Under the pieces are notes generated by a model. The model ran no database searches, had not been told where the DNA came from, and saw nothing but the letters and a program-made list of their open reading frames with translations. Positions 46,552 to 57,900 of a stretch of DNA of 64,000 nucleotides are shown piece after piece. Origin of the DNA: Setoptus koraiensis. Its lineage: Eukaryota > Animalia > Arthropoda. The stretch is from NCBI GenBank assembly GCA_048013815.1, contig CM106585.1, forward strand, positions 2,356,001 through 2,420,000. Reading direction: 5' to 3'. A program made the translations under genes and the position numbers. Each line of letters starts with the position of its first letter. Positions within the stretch are counted from its first letter, which is position 1.

Positions 46552-49074
46552 CTATGTTTTCTCTCGTTCACTGTGGTAACTTTGCAGTTCTTGTTTCTGA
46601 AGCTCGAAGCACATTGCACATAACCAGTAGTTGGTTTCTTTATCGCCAAAGAGCTTGCAGCCAGCTGTCATACACCGATCCGAGGCGCTACGTTCTGATA
46701 AATTAGCAAGATTGAGCGAAATCGATGACTGAGATGAGGTGGACGATGACGTTGACGACGACGACGACGATTCTGAAGATAACGACGAAGTATCGGAGGA
46801 GTCAACTTCTTCTTCAGAAGACTCTGTGGATTGTGATAATGAAGCCTGAGATGCTGATGACGATATTGAGGTGGATGACTTTGTACGTCTCTGACTAACC
46901 TCTCTGGGTCTTACAAGACTATGGTGATTGTTGAGACCATTAGCCAAAATTGGAGTTGAAGAAGTAGTTGTTGTTCCATTCGTTAGGGTATTTTTGATTT
47001 TAGATGGCGATTTATTTTTAGCTAGAGATAACTCGAGTAGTTGAGGGTGAGCTATTGTAGATTTGTGTGCGTAGAAAAAACAATATCCACTTCTTCTAGC
47101 CTCGCGTTCGACTTGCTTAGTCTCGGCTCTGGTTACAGCATCATCATCACATGAGTACCAAAATCCATTTTCTTGATTATATACAAAACTAGTATAATGA
47201 CCCGTATTCAGAGAAGGTCCTAAATGACAAACTACGGCCACCAGCTGATATTTATTATCATCGGCATACATGACCGACTGTTTTTGAGCAGGTAATGGTA
47301 CCATTTCTTGGTCATCATCAACGAATCTATGCTGTTGATATGGTACATAAATCTCGAAAGGAGCTTTGATTTCGTCTAAATTCTTTTGGCCAGTATGAGA
47401 GTAACGGGCTAAGGTCATGAACAACACTTCAGGCAACTTCTTAATCATACATTTCCTAGTTTTTTCTTTTGAATCGCAATTTGCTTCGGAGCACTTGAAT
47501 TCCATGAGGTCGTCAAGAAAGTAGTTCACTAAAGCATTCTGTAGAGTGAGCTCGATGATAGTAGATTGATTTTGTTTGAGACTACTGTCCTTTCCGTTCG
47601 GAGAATCTCCGCTAGAGTCACTATTTTTTCTCTCATCATCAGGTATGGTGAGGGAGAGAGTTCGGATCTTTTCGGATACAGCACTGGTCTTATGGCCACA
47701 TTTCACGCATGTCACGTAAGTGTTTAAGTCTAACTCAAATGATCTAGTTATTGGATTCTTTTCATCATGAATACTATCAATACTTTGAAAGTATTCTTGT
47801 ATGGAATCTATTACGTGATAAAAGAATTCACTTGCATCTTGTTGATGCGTTGAATTGAATTGTGAGCTCTTTTCGCCAACAGCCGTTTTTAATTCATTTA
47901 GTTGTTTCTCTAGGTCCAGTTCAAGAGTTGTTGGCGGGTCTACTTTACTAGGTTGTTCTTTAATGGACGGATCAGTGCACAGATTGTCGACCATGTTTGC
48001 TGAACTGTTGGTCTCGTTGTTCGTTTGAACATTTCCATTGGAGGAAACAGATTTTTCCAATGTGCTATCTTGATTGCTATTGTTCGTCATAAGCCGAATT
48101 TTTTCATCTTTAAAGAGTAATCTTTTAGATAAGTAACCATCATATAATTTGTGGAAAGCCTCGGCAATCTTAAACTCTACGTCTGTCCTGGTTAGAGTTT
48201 TGTTATAATTGAGCGCAACTTGCATTTTTTGCTTGAAATCATACATGAATGACGTGAGACTAAATAAACATTGTATAATTGAATTTTCATAACAGGTATT
48301 GCCGAGATTCTTTAATGGCAGAGGTGCTCCTATGTCAGCTGGCTTGATGATTTTCTTGAGCTCATGATTTACTTTTGAGTTATCTGACTTTGGAACAGAT
48401 AGTGCTGTTGGTATTGGTATGGGACTAGTGGTGTTTTTGTTGTTAGATGCTTGAGGGTTAGAATGAATATCATTCTGTTGGTCGCTATTTATGCTTTGGG
48501 TATTTCGTACTGGTTTTGCCGGTGGATTTTTTGGCGAGAACGTCTTCGTATCAGTCGAAGAAACGACATCGCATTGCGTCGAGATATCGATAGGTGTTGA
48601 TCGTTCCCTCGTTGTGTCCACAGCTATGATCTGTTTCAAAGATGCTTCATCTTGCTGATTGGTTCCCGAAGAGATAGATACTTTGGATGAAGATGACGAA
48701 GTCGTTGAACACAATGAATCGGGCAGAGGCGAAAGCTGTTCCCTTTCAATGAGATTATTATCTGTTGTCTGTGCAATACATGCTTTTTGTTCATTGTGCA
48801 TAATTACTTCTTGCTTTTCCCTATTCGGCAAGGTAGACAATGATTGTTGTTGGCCATCGTCCGGCTTACCACACGTCCTAGTGTCGGCTGATGATAAATG
48901 GTCTAGCTGGTGCTGATGGGACGACGAATCTGGTGTTCTGGACGAGGTGGAGGGGGGCGTTTGTGTCGTTTGTTGTGATAGCGAAGAATTTGTTTTAAAT
49001 AATTTGGTCACTTGTTTGAATGAGTGGTGAGATGATTGAGAGCTCGATCTAATAGATCTGAAGCTCAAAGTCAT
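46552..49074 (-). CDS. Ubiquitin carboxyl-terminal hydrolase (peptidase C19, USP37/26/29-like) with C-terminal A20-type zinc finger; single exon, 840 aa from the first ATG (ORF open to 49323)
   Basis: Cys box LKNLGNTCYENSIIQCLFSL, QQDASEFF, finger Zn ligands CVKC and CSEANC, LPEVLFMTLARY, His box VCHLGPSLNTGHYTSF, WYSCDDD and GYCFFY are all present. The C-terminus reads CMTAGCKLFGDKETNYWLCAMCFE. Confidence 0.93.
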   Translation of the reverse strand: MTLSFRSIRSSSQSSHHSFKQVTKLFKTNSSLSQQTTQTPPSTSSRTPDSSSHQHQLDHLSSADTRTCGKPDDGQQQSLSTLPNREKQEVIMHNEQKACIAQTTDNNLIEREQLSPLPDSLCSTTSSSSSKVSISSGTNQQDEASLKQIIAVDTTRERSTPIDISTQCDVVSSTDTKTFSPKNPPAKPVRNTQSINSDQQNDIHSNPQASNNKNTTSPIPIPTALSVPKSDNSKVNHELKKIIKPADIGAPLPLKNLGNTCYENSIIQCLFSLTSFMYDFKQKMQVALNYNKTLTRTDVEFKIAEAFHKLYDGYLSKRLLFKDEKIRLMTNNSNQDSTLEKSVSSNGNVQTNNETNSSANMVDNLCTDPSIKEQPSKVDPPTTLELDLEKQLNELKTAVGEKSSQFNSTHQQDASEFFYHVIDSIQEYFQSIDSIHDEKNPITRSFELDLNTYVTCVKCGHKTSAVSEKIRTLSLTIPDDERKNSDSSGDSPNGKDSSLKQNQSTIIELTLQNALVNYFLDDLMEFKCSEANCDSKEKTRKCMIKKLPEVLFMTLARYSHTGQKNLDEIKAPFEIYVPYQQHRFVDDDQEMVPLPAQKQSVMYADDNKYQLVAVVCHLGPSLNTGHYTSFVYNQENGFWYSCDDDAVTRAETKQVEREARRSGYCFFYAHKSTIAHPQLLELSLAKNKSPSKIKNTLTNGTTTTSSTPILANGLNNHHSLVRPREVSQRRTKSSTSISSSASQASLSQSTESSEEEVDSSDTSSLSSESSSSSSTSSSTSSQSSISLNLANLSERSASDRCMTAGCKLFGDKETNYWLCAMCFELQKQELQSYHSEREKT

Positions 49075-51461
49075 GTAACGCCTACATCGCGCCCTGAGCT
49101 TGTTGGTACTTTTGTCAAGTGGTGGCGATGATTGAAGTGTGTTTGATTTGTTGCGAGATTTTTGTTGTCCGGTATGTTCGGTATCTGTATGTTGTTCGGC
49201 GGTTCCTGATGTTGAGTTTTCAACCGTTGGATGGGTTGATTTGTTTGATGGACTGGATAATTTTAAATGGCGCAACACTGAGCTTTTAGAACCAATTTTG
49301 ACCGATTTCCCAATGAGCAGCACTTACAAGAGTGTCTGCTGCAACCAAACTTGATGATAATATCCTAAGTATATGATACTATTATTGGTAATACTAATAA
49401 TAATTCTAGTCCTGGTGCTAATACTAATATTGATAATAATCGTAATAGTAATAATAATAATAGTGCTTGAAATCAGAGCGAGTGGTCAATAGGCTATTAG
49501 CTTACAACTAGCAACAAAATGATTCTAATGGTGATGGATAATATTAATAATCTAATAATAATAGTGATGATAATGATGAAAAAAAGATTTGGCAATTTCA
49601 CAATTCGCCCATTGGTATGTTTGTAACATTTTGATTAGGCAAAAGCACACAAGCACCATGCTAGTGTACACTGTGGAGCAAAAAGATGCACACAGATATA
49701 CAGGGCACACACAACAAAATGCAGTGCGCTCTTTTTCTGCATTGCTTCCAACATGGAGTGCTTTTGTAAATTTTTGCCCGCCCTCCTTGATCACAAACAC
49801 CACGCAATTGGAACATATACACATGTACACATACACACACTCAGACGCATCAGAATCTGATCATCAGAGGGTAGGGCGTGTCGCGGAATGAAACAGGAGC
49901 AAATCCACTTGTGCGCATCACAATGCCACTGTCACTTGATTTTGTTGATCATTCTCAATCGCCTCTTTGGGGTCCCCATTGTCAGTGATAATGAGCTACC
50001 AGAGTTTATCATTATAAGAAACAACTTGCTTTTCCACCTCAATTTCATCTGATCATATTCGTCACTAAGAACCGAATGGAAAATGTAAAATTTATTTCAC
50101 ATTTTATAAATTGCATGAAGTGGTTACTCTATTTTGGGCTCTTGAGTAGCCTTTTTCACTAGATATACCATATGTTAAACTTGAATCTTGGATCCATTTG
50201 GTCATTTAACCTATTTTTCGCCAATCATCAGCTTTCCAGTTATGATTAAGCGATAAACGATCGAATTGAACTGACTACTAACAATCGAAGTTTTCATTTG
50301 CAAATGTATCAGCTCACATGAACAAATGTCAGTTTAAAAAAAATCCAATATTATCTTGACTAGTCTGTCGTGTCAAATCAGTTTGTTGTGTATTATATTC
50401 CTGACGAGAGGTTCACAATCAATCAATCGACTTGATTCAGCATTGCAACAATCTGTACAACTTCTCAACTAATTAGCTTGTAACAGTAATCAGAGGTTAC
50501 TGTAGCCGGTTAACTACATAAGGTTTTTGAATGTGAGTGCCCATTTCCATCAAATTAGTTAGTAATATATGAGACTCAATTATTCGAAAAAGTTTTGAAA
50601 TTAACGACAGGCAAACACTTCAGCGAAAATAACTCCCTCATAATTATAAATAATAGAATCTACACACAAACATCATTTATAAAAATACATAAGAAACAAG
50701 GGCAACTGGTGATCTAATTTGTACCAAGAAACGAAATGAAAAGCAAGCGAGTACATCACACTATAGTACATGAGAAAATTTCGAAAAAATGACTGTGGAC
50801 GGACCATTGAGACTTTTCTACTAGCAAGAATCATCTATTCATTCGTTGAATTAATTAGCATCAGTTTGACTCGATAACACTTCGTGTACAAGGTCCGCAC
50901 GCTATTGGATGGGAAAAGTTTCAATTCGCGGAATTAGAAAACTCGCCCGATTTATTAGTGTGCAGACCTCATCTTATCCAAGATTTTTCATTTCATAACA
51001 TTTTTTACGGCATTCCGACATTTGCTAATTGAATCACAAAATTTTACAACTTGAATGAATCAAAAAGTCGAGTACAGAAAAAGACATGATCTATTTATGA
51101 TGATGCTCAACCTACTCGAGGTGCAAATAGTTATATGTCCGCGTGATAGACTTTTTCACGATGGTGCAAATAATACTAAGATAGCGACTGATAAACAATC
51201 GAAAACAACGATAGAACTATTTTGCACAAACAAATAATTAGTTACTTTGTTCATGGAATACTCGTTTCCTGGTAGTTACTATGATTTAGTAATTTTCGGT
51301 GAGGCCAATCCTGTATCACTCTTGAAAGTTGAAAGAGCTATGAAGTTGATATAGCTTTTGTCTCTGGTTCTTCATTAGAGTCATGATTATCCAAAGCATT
51401 CAGCGTCGTAAGTAAATTGTGTTAGAATCTGGCTTTTAAAACACAAAAGTTTACTTTTGAA

Positions 51462-53612
51462 TCATGTCTTCTCGTTGGACATATTGGTTGCTGATTTCAG
51501 ACCTCCAACGAAGTGATCTGGTCGTGTGGGTTGTTGAATATTACCACGATCTTCTTGTGGATATGGAAGCCCTGAGGGTGGTTGATTGAGATTTGACGAA
51601 TGCGTGGGAAAGTTCGCACTAAGTATAACATTTTTTGGTAACGGTGGCATTGGTATGTATGAATGTTTGCGGTTACTTTTCGGCGAATCTGATGCACTTG
51701 TTCCACACTCTGCATAAGATAAACCTGAGTGAGCAGATGTCGTTGGGTTTGATGATTTGGTTATTCCTTGACTTAGACGGCGCACTGCTTCGTTATATCT
51801 GGTGAGTTGATAGTGTGGCGAAGCTGGTATTGCATCAAGAATTTGTGCTGTATTTTCTTCACCTGGCTTAATTATAGAGCCTAGTTTACTCCTTGACCAG
51901 CCTGATTTATCCACATCGGTAGTACTAGGGGAAGGATCTTTTTGATCAAGTTCCATGGCTAACAAATGACAATCTATTGAAAGTGCAATTTTCTCGTTCC
52001 TTTTCATAATTATTTTTTCAGCTAAGCTTCTGGATAGTGTAAATTTGAGCCTCTCTTTCTCGTCTAAGTTGTATCGTCTCTGACAAACTTCAGCTCGCTT
52101 TTTCTCAACTAACTCCTCGAGTTCTCGGATAGCTTGCCTCTGTCTTTCTTTAGTATTTTCAGTTTCGTTGACCTCAGTATTGTCAATAATCATATTAGAT
52201 GTATTGCGGGGATTATTTGCTTGATGAGAATGTTGACTTATAGGATGCTGACTTCTAAGAATAGATTGGGTCATGTAGGTTGGGGCATAGGGCGAAATAT
52301 AAGTAGATGAGGATATAGGCTTCATATAGCTTAGTTGATCTAAAGGGTCACAATTTACTGTGAGCTGCTGAAGAGATGGTGATAGTAAGTTATAGAAACT
52401 ATTCATGAGTGAAGGTGGGGGAGGCCCTTCATTAACAGGTGTTCTTGCCCCATTGCAACCAGAATTGTCGTCAACCACTAGAAGCGAAGAATCGGAGTTG
52501 TGGTCGCCTTCTATTCGGGGTAGTAATTGGGCATTTTCAGAAGGAACCTTATTCGTTATAACTTTGCTGTTTTTTGAGTCACTTCTTTTGTCAGAAGAAT
52601 CGATCGATATGGCTAAAGGACTTGAGGAACTAGTGCTCGGAACATTCTCAGTATTTGGCGAGTCAGAGGCTGATCTGTTGCGCATAAATCCCATAATGCT
52701 ACAACTAGTAGGGTTCATGATTATCGTTGAATTTTCTGATGGTTCGTTATCTGCTAATTGAGATAGAGTCCCAGAGTTAGAAATCTTGTTTAACTTGAGA
52801 TGATGCAAGTCTTCTGATATACTAGGGCTAACCAGAGAGTTGATATGTCCTTCTGAACAATAAATTTGCGAATCTCCAGAAACTTGACCTTGCTGATCAA
52901 GCTCCTCAGAATCGGAGTCTCTAGAAAGTTGATTAGCAAGATATGGAGAGGTCAAAGTAGTGTTGTTGGTGTTGTTATTCAAGTTAACTATCAGAGATGA
53001 CTTATACTTTGGTCTTGGGGGTTCAATTATCGGAGCGCTATCTGCAACTTCTTGGTGGGCCCAGTTTTGTTCAGTGTGAGGATAATGAAAACAATGATAA
53101 ACCAGCGGCGTTGTATTTGATCTATGATCTCTCCTTACAGACTTAGGGTGCAATGTGCTGCAATGTTCCCTGGCAGTTTCTCTATCATAAAAATCCGGAT
53201 TGTTGTGTCGATGCTCACAATCCCAAGGTGTTTGATTAATTGTGAAACGTATGAGAAAATTTGGGCAATTCTCTTCGTCCTTTTCGTGAGGTTTATTGGT
53301 TCTGAGGTTTTCCTCACTGCTAATGCTAGCCTCCTCTTTAGATTCTCTTATTGATGTTGTGGTCTCAAATGAAGATTGTGTGTTTGAGTTTGCTGTGAAA
53401 CTTATTTCTGTTCGATACCCTGAGCCTGAAGAAGATGTTACTGCATGGCTGTCGGTCAATTCTTCAAATTCATTGTTTCTTGCATTACTCCCACTTGGTT
53501 CATTGTCTTCTGTCAAGCAATTGGTTGTTGCATGAATGGTGCTGCTGTTTATCAAATCTGATGACGAATTTAGATTTAAAATACGATCAATATGATTCTG
53601 AGTCATTGTCAA
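51462..53612 (-). CDS. 716-aa S/N/P-rich protein with a coiled coil weakly resembling that of TAB2/TAB3
   Basis: Long uninterrupted ATG-initiated ORF, so CDS status is strong. The segment RQRQAIRELEELVEKKRAEV...MKRNEKIALSIDCHLLAMELD resembles the TAB2/3 coiled coil ending in N..L.IDxxxL..E.D as recalled from human TAB2. No CUE or NZF domain is visible, so the family call is weak. Confidence 0.55.
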   Translation of the reverse strand: MTMTQNHIDRILNLNSSSDLINSSTIHATTNCLTEDNEPSGSNARNNEFEELTDSHAVTSSSGSGYRTEISFTANSNTQSSFETTTSIRESKEEASISSEENLRTNKPHEKDEENCPNFLIRFTINQTPWDCEHRHNNPDFYDRETAREHCSTLHPKSVRRDHRSNTTPLVYHCFHYPHTEQNWAHQEVADSAPIIEPPRPKYKSSLIVNLNNNTNNTTLTSPYLANQLSRDSDSEELDQQGQVSGDSQIYCSEGHINSLVSPSISEDLHHLKLNKISNSGTLSQLADNEPSENSTIIMNPTSCSIMGFMRNRSASDSPNTENVPSTSSSSPLAISIDSSDKRSDSKNSKVITNKVPSENAQLLPRIEGDHNSDSSLLVVDDNSGCNGARTPVNEGPPPPSLMNSFYNLLSPSLQQLTVNCDPLDQLSYMKPISSSTYISPYAPTYMTQSILRSQHPISQHSHQANNPRNTSNMIIDNTEVNETENTKERQRQAIRELEELVEKKRAEVCQRRYNLDEKERLKFTLSRSLAEKIIMKRNEKIALSIDCHLLAMELDQKDPSPSTTDVDKSGWSRSKLGSIIKPGEENTAQILDAIPASPHYQLTRYNEAVRRLSQGITKSSNPTTSAHSGLSYAECGTSASDSPKSNRKHSYIPMPPLPKNVILSANFPTHSSNLNQPPSGLPYPQEDRGNIQQPTRPDHFVGGLKSATNMSNEKT

Positions 53613-54926
53613 TTGGTAGTTTATGCAGAGAAAAACTTGAACGTTATGAGGTAGACAGTGAGAGATTTCTGCGATACTGGGTATACATCTGCGAGTTGTG
53701 AGACCTATCGAGTGTATATGACAGTGCTAGAGGAAAGAGCAAAGTGTCTCGCAGGTGTATATCAGATTGGTAGTCATCAGAGAGCAACTAGTGGTTTGTA
53801 GGATAGATATGAAAGATGAATAGGTGATGAGAGTATGAGTAGTAGATAAATCATCTTCGATGAGTGCATTGTGACTTTTACCTACTTAATCTTAATGGTA
53901 TACAATGTATGCCTTCTTGAAATCTGTCGTTTAAATTTCAACAAGTGCCTTAGACCAGTGTTAGCTAAATGCTTTGTGTTGAATGATTATAATGCCACAA
54001 TTACTTATTTAACTTGACTTTAACTTAATTGTTGACACAAATTTGTCTAGGCCATCTGATAATAATATTTATGATGCACATCCGACAGTAATAGTAAAAT
54101 GCAGTGAGCCAGAAAGAGATAAAACCAAAATTAATTCCTTGATAGATACCAATAAATTTCTTGAAGGGTGGAAGGTTTATTTCCTAGGACTAGAAAGGTG
54201 TTATCACATGAGTAATATGTTCTATTTCCTGAAGAATAATATTATAATAAAAATTCCAACACAGCTTCCTTATTTCAACCCGAAGCTGTTCAGCAACAGG
54301 GTCAATTTTACTGTATATCAATTGATTCTTGATAAAATCCAGAGGCTTATTGTTTACCGTCCCGTGGACCGTCGAAATTGCCGAATATCCCAACAGTGTA
54401 TTGGAGGACCTCGATTGTATTGTAAATGTTATTTCCGAGTGGTGATAATTTATATCCCTAGCCTCAGAATCACTTCAGACACGTCCAGAATAACTGAATC
54501 ACGGATTAATATTAGGATAAGTAAGTTCAATGTCTAGAGTAGATAAACAATATGGTGCGGTACCTTATTTTTTATTTTTCTCTTAATAATTTCACATATG
54601 TGTCAGAGAACACAAATATTTTTCTATGCATTTCACTGGTGAATATTACAGAGTATTATATATGATCTGATTATATGTTTATTATTGGTGAGAGCTTCAC
54701 AGCCAGAGCTTGTCTGACTATCATGATAGTAGTTCGGTGCCCAAAATACCTCGAGGTATTGTAAAATAGTTTCGTGCATTCTCTCAACGATAAATATAAC
54801 ATGAGTTTGGATACCCTTATGTGCGGAAATTGTACGTGGGCGTTTTTGCCGCATAAACCATACAACGAGTGGCAGTATGTGCACTTGTGCCACTCTAACT
54901 GCAGATTAGTGAATCTAGCCTCTCAA

Positions 54927-57900
54927 TCAAAAATCTGTGACGATTGTATCGATTGTCATTATCTCCGGCATGCTAGTTTCTTTTATCTGGTCACTTGGTA
55001 TTGTAGCTGCTGGTATTGTAGTTGCCGGTATAGCTGTGGCCGGCTGAAATGGACTGCGATTTGCTGCAATTGATTGCAATGGATGCAAATAAGCGTACTT
55101 ATCTAGCCGGGTATTCTTTGAATTCATCATGTCATACTGTTTAATTAACGGGTGGTCAATGTGGTGGCCACTGTTCGTCAATGGTTGTCTCATGTGATGG
55201 TGATCGATATGAATGCAAGAATTCGCACTGTCAACTGCATGATTAAATTGATGAGGCTCGCCCATTGCATTGGCTCGATCTCTGATTGATTCGGCCCCAA
55301 CTCGATATTGGTTGTGTTTATCCAGATAGAAAAACTTCGGCCTGATTGAGCGCTGTTGATTGTTGTTGGCATGGGATAAACTTGCGTACGATGAAAACAG
55401 TTTATCTGCCGTGTTAGTTTCGAATGGCAATTGAATCTTCGATATATGGAATGGTCTCTTCTTTCTATTAAAGCCACTTGCTTGCTTTTCACGCAATTGC
55501 TTCTCATACAATTTATCCATTAATAACTGCGGGCTACTTTTGATAATTTTCGCCACAATCTTGCAACAGTTCTTGCCATTTTCTGTCGAAATGTTCATGG
55601 CCAACGCCTGTTGTTGTCGTTTGGTGTCATTGGTCAGATCAACATCGCTCATTGACGTGTTTGTTTGTGCAATTAAATTTGTCGAACTCATTACGTTGGC
55701 CCAATTCTTGGTGTCTAATTGGTGTTTTACATTTGTATCTGTGTTTGTTCCGTTGCTAACATTCATTTGGGTGCTATTTGTATCGGTTGAATTAATGATC
55801 GCCTGTTGTTCTTTGAAGTCTAATTGTTGACTTTTGTTTACAGGCGCTTGTTGCAAATGCGCAAAAGAATCATCGTCATCGATTGAAGTTTGCTGCTGTT
55901 GTTGGACATTTGAGAAAGGATTTTCAACGGATTGATTCAACTGGGCCTCATTCAAATCATTAGCAACTGGGCCAGCTATCATTGACCAGTGATTGTCATG
56001 CTCGTCTTCATCTTTAAAATGTCGTTGTCTTTGTTGCCTGCCGCCATGATACTGCTCATTACGATGATGGTCAAGCGGATGATGACGATTATATTGATAA
56101 TATGTGGGCTTCTTCCACATTTGTTGACCTCTCGCCGGGTGGAAGGGAGTCGATTGTTGGTCAGCTTGCTGATCAGAATTGTTGTCGAACTGTTGTTCGT
56201 TGTTGGGTTGCTGTTTTTGATGTTGTTGCTCGTGTTCCATTTGTTCCAGTTGTTGTTGTTCAAGATGACGCTGACCATCAACAGTTAATAAATCGTCACC
56301 TTTAACGCCCAATACGTTAGGGTTCTCTTCGTCCTCTAAAAGTGGTGCCATATGATGCACTTTCATTTGGGTCGAGCTATAAGCGCCACCCATATTGTTG
56401 TTATTATTGCCAGTGTTACCATTAATCAAATGCGGCTGTTGATGATGATGATGACGTAACCGGGACGCTGGCGATTGCAGTTGTTGCAATTGATGTTGAT
56501 TATGCAAAGATTGTTGCGCGTGCAACATTGATGGTTGCATCAAAGATTGTTGTTGTCTTGTATGATAATAATGATGGTGAATTCTTGGCAATGGCAATGT
56601 GGTCAATATGGCATGAGCATGATAACGGGCATGATCAGATGGTCGTGATGCGGCTGGCGGTGCTATATGGGCCGGCAGTTGTTGTTGTTGCAAGAATGGT
56701 GGCCTCAATGGAGATTGTTGTACCTGCGGTAATAATGTCTTGGCAACAATATTTCTAAGCCCGTTGAATGGGGGCCTGTACTCGATAGAGGTAGCTGTAA
56801 TGACACGGTCGCGATTCAAAAAATGAGGTCTGAAATGATGATCATCAAATTCATTTACATTGGTGTTTAGTTGTTGCTGCTTAGTTTCCGTGGGCAACCT
56901 CATATTGGCCACGAGATCTGGTCTGGCCATAAGTATTGCAGATATATCCGCTGCTGGCAAGTGCACGAGAGGTGGCTGGTGTTGATTGTGATCTGGGTTG
57001 ACGAAATAGTTCCATGTACCTGCCTTGGCTGCATTGACTTGTTGTTGTTGCTGTTGTTCAGCTTGGGCCGCTTGCTGTTGCTGGTGTGCAGCTGGTGACT
57101 TGTCGAGATTTACCGCAGCTTGAGTATCGTTATTATCATCTTCATTGTTGCTATCATGAATGGCGTTATTCTCAGGCGATGATTGCGACTCGGCGTTTAT
57201 TGATGGTGTTAATTTTGATGTTTTAGACGGACTGTCTAGTTGAATTTTGTCCGAATTGTCTGCAGAGGTTGCCGACATTTCGGTCGTCTTGATCTTGTGC
57301 TGCTGCCTCGGGGCCTGATCTAAATGCTGCTCGATGATACGATTTACATGATGATAATTGTCAGCAAAGTGATGCGGATGGTGATCGTCTGTCATTATGT
57401 GCGATGTCTCATAGTGATGATGAGGCACAACAGAGGTTGTGGGCTGAGATAAAAAATGAACTCCAGGTAAATTGTTCACTTGTGCACTTGTTGCCTGTTT
57501 GAGTCGACTCGGGTGTCTATGATGAGGGTACAAATGATCGGGTGATGGTGATACTCCTCTGATGAAGTCGCCTGGCGAGTGGTTTCCATCTGTTTGTGAC
57601 CATTCGTAAAAGGCCATTTGTTGTCTAGTATTGTCATTAACACTGGCCAGCAATGGTGCTGGCGAATGCTCAAACAAATGATTATTGTTATGGTGCTGCA
57701 ACAAGTGGTTGTTATGATGCTGATGTAATCTGTGATTGTTCAACGGATGATGAGGGTGTGATCGGTGATGATGGTGCTTATAAGGATGCTCAGTGAGCAC
57801 CGGCAACAAAGCAACTTGTTGATCGGTGACAATAGACGTCGGATGTTGCTCGAATGGCTGATGCTGATTGTCTTTAACTGGGTGCATATTATCTCGTTGA

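Noticed and set aside
54043-54537. 164-aa plus-strand ORF and an opposite 95-codon open frame
   Set aside because: TTG start, no motif and no clear splice context; neither strand can be favoured.
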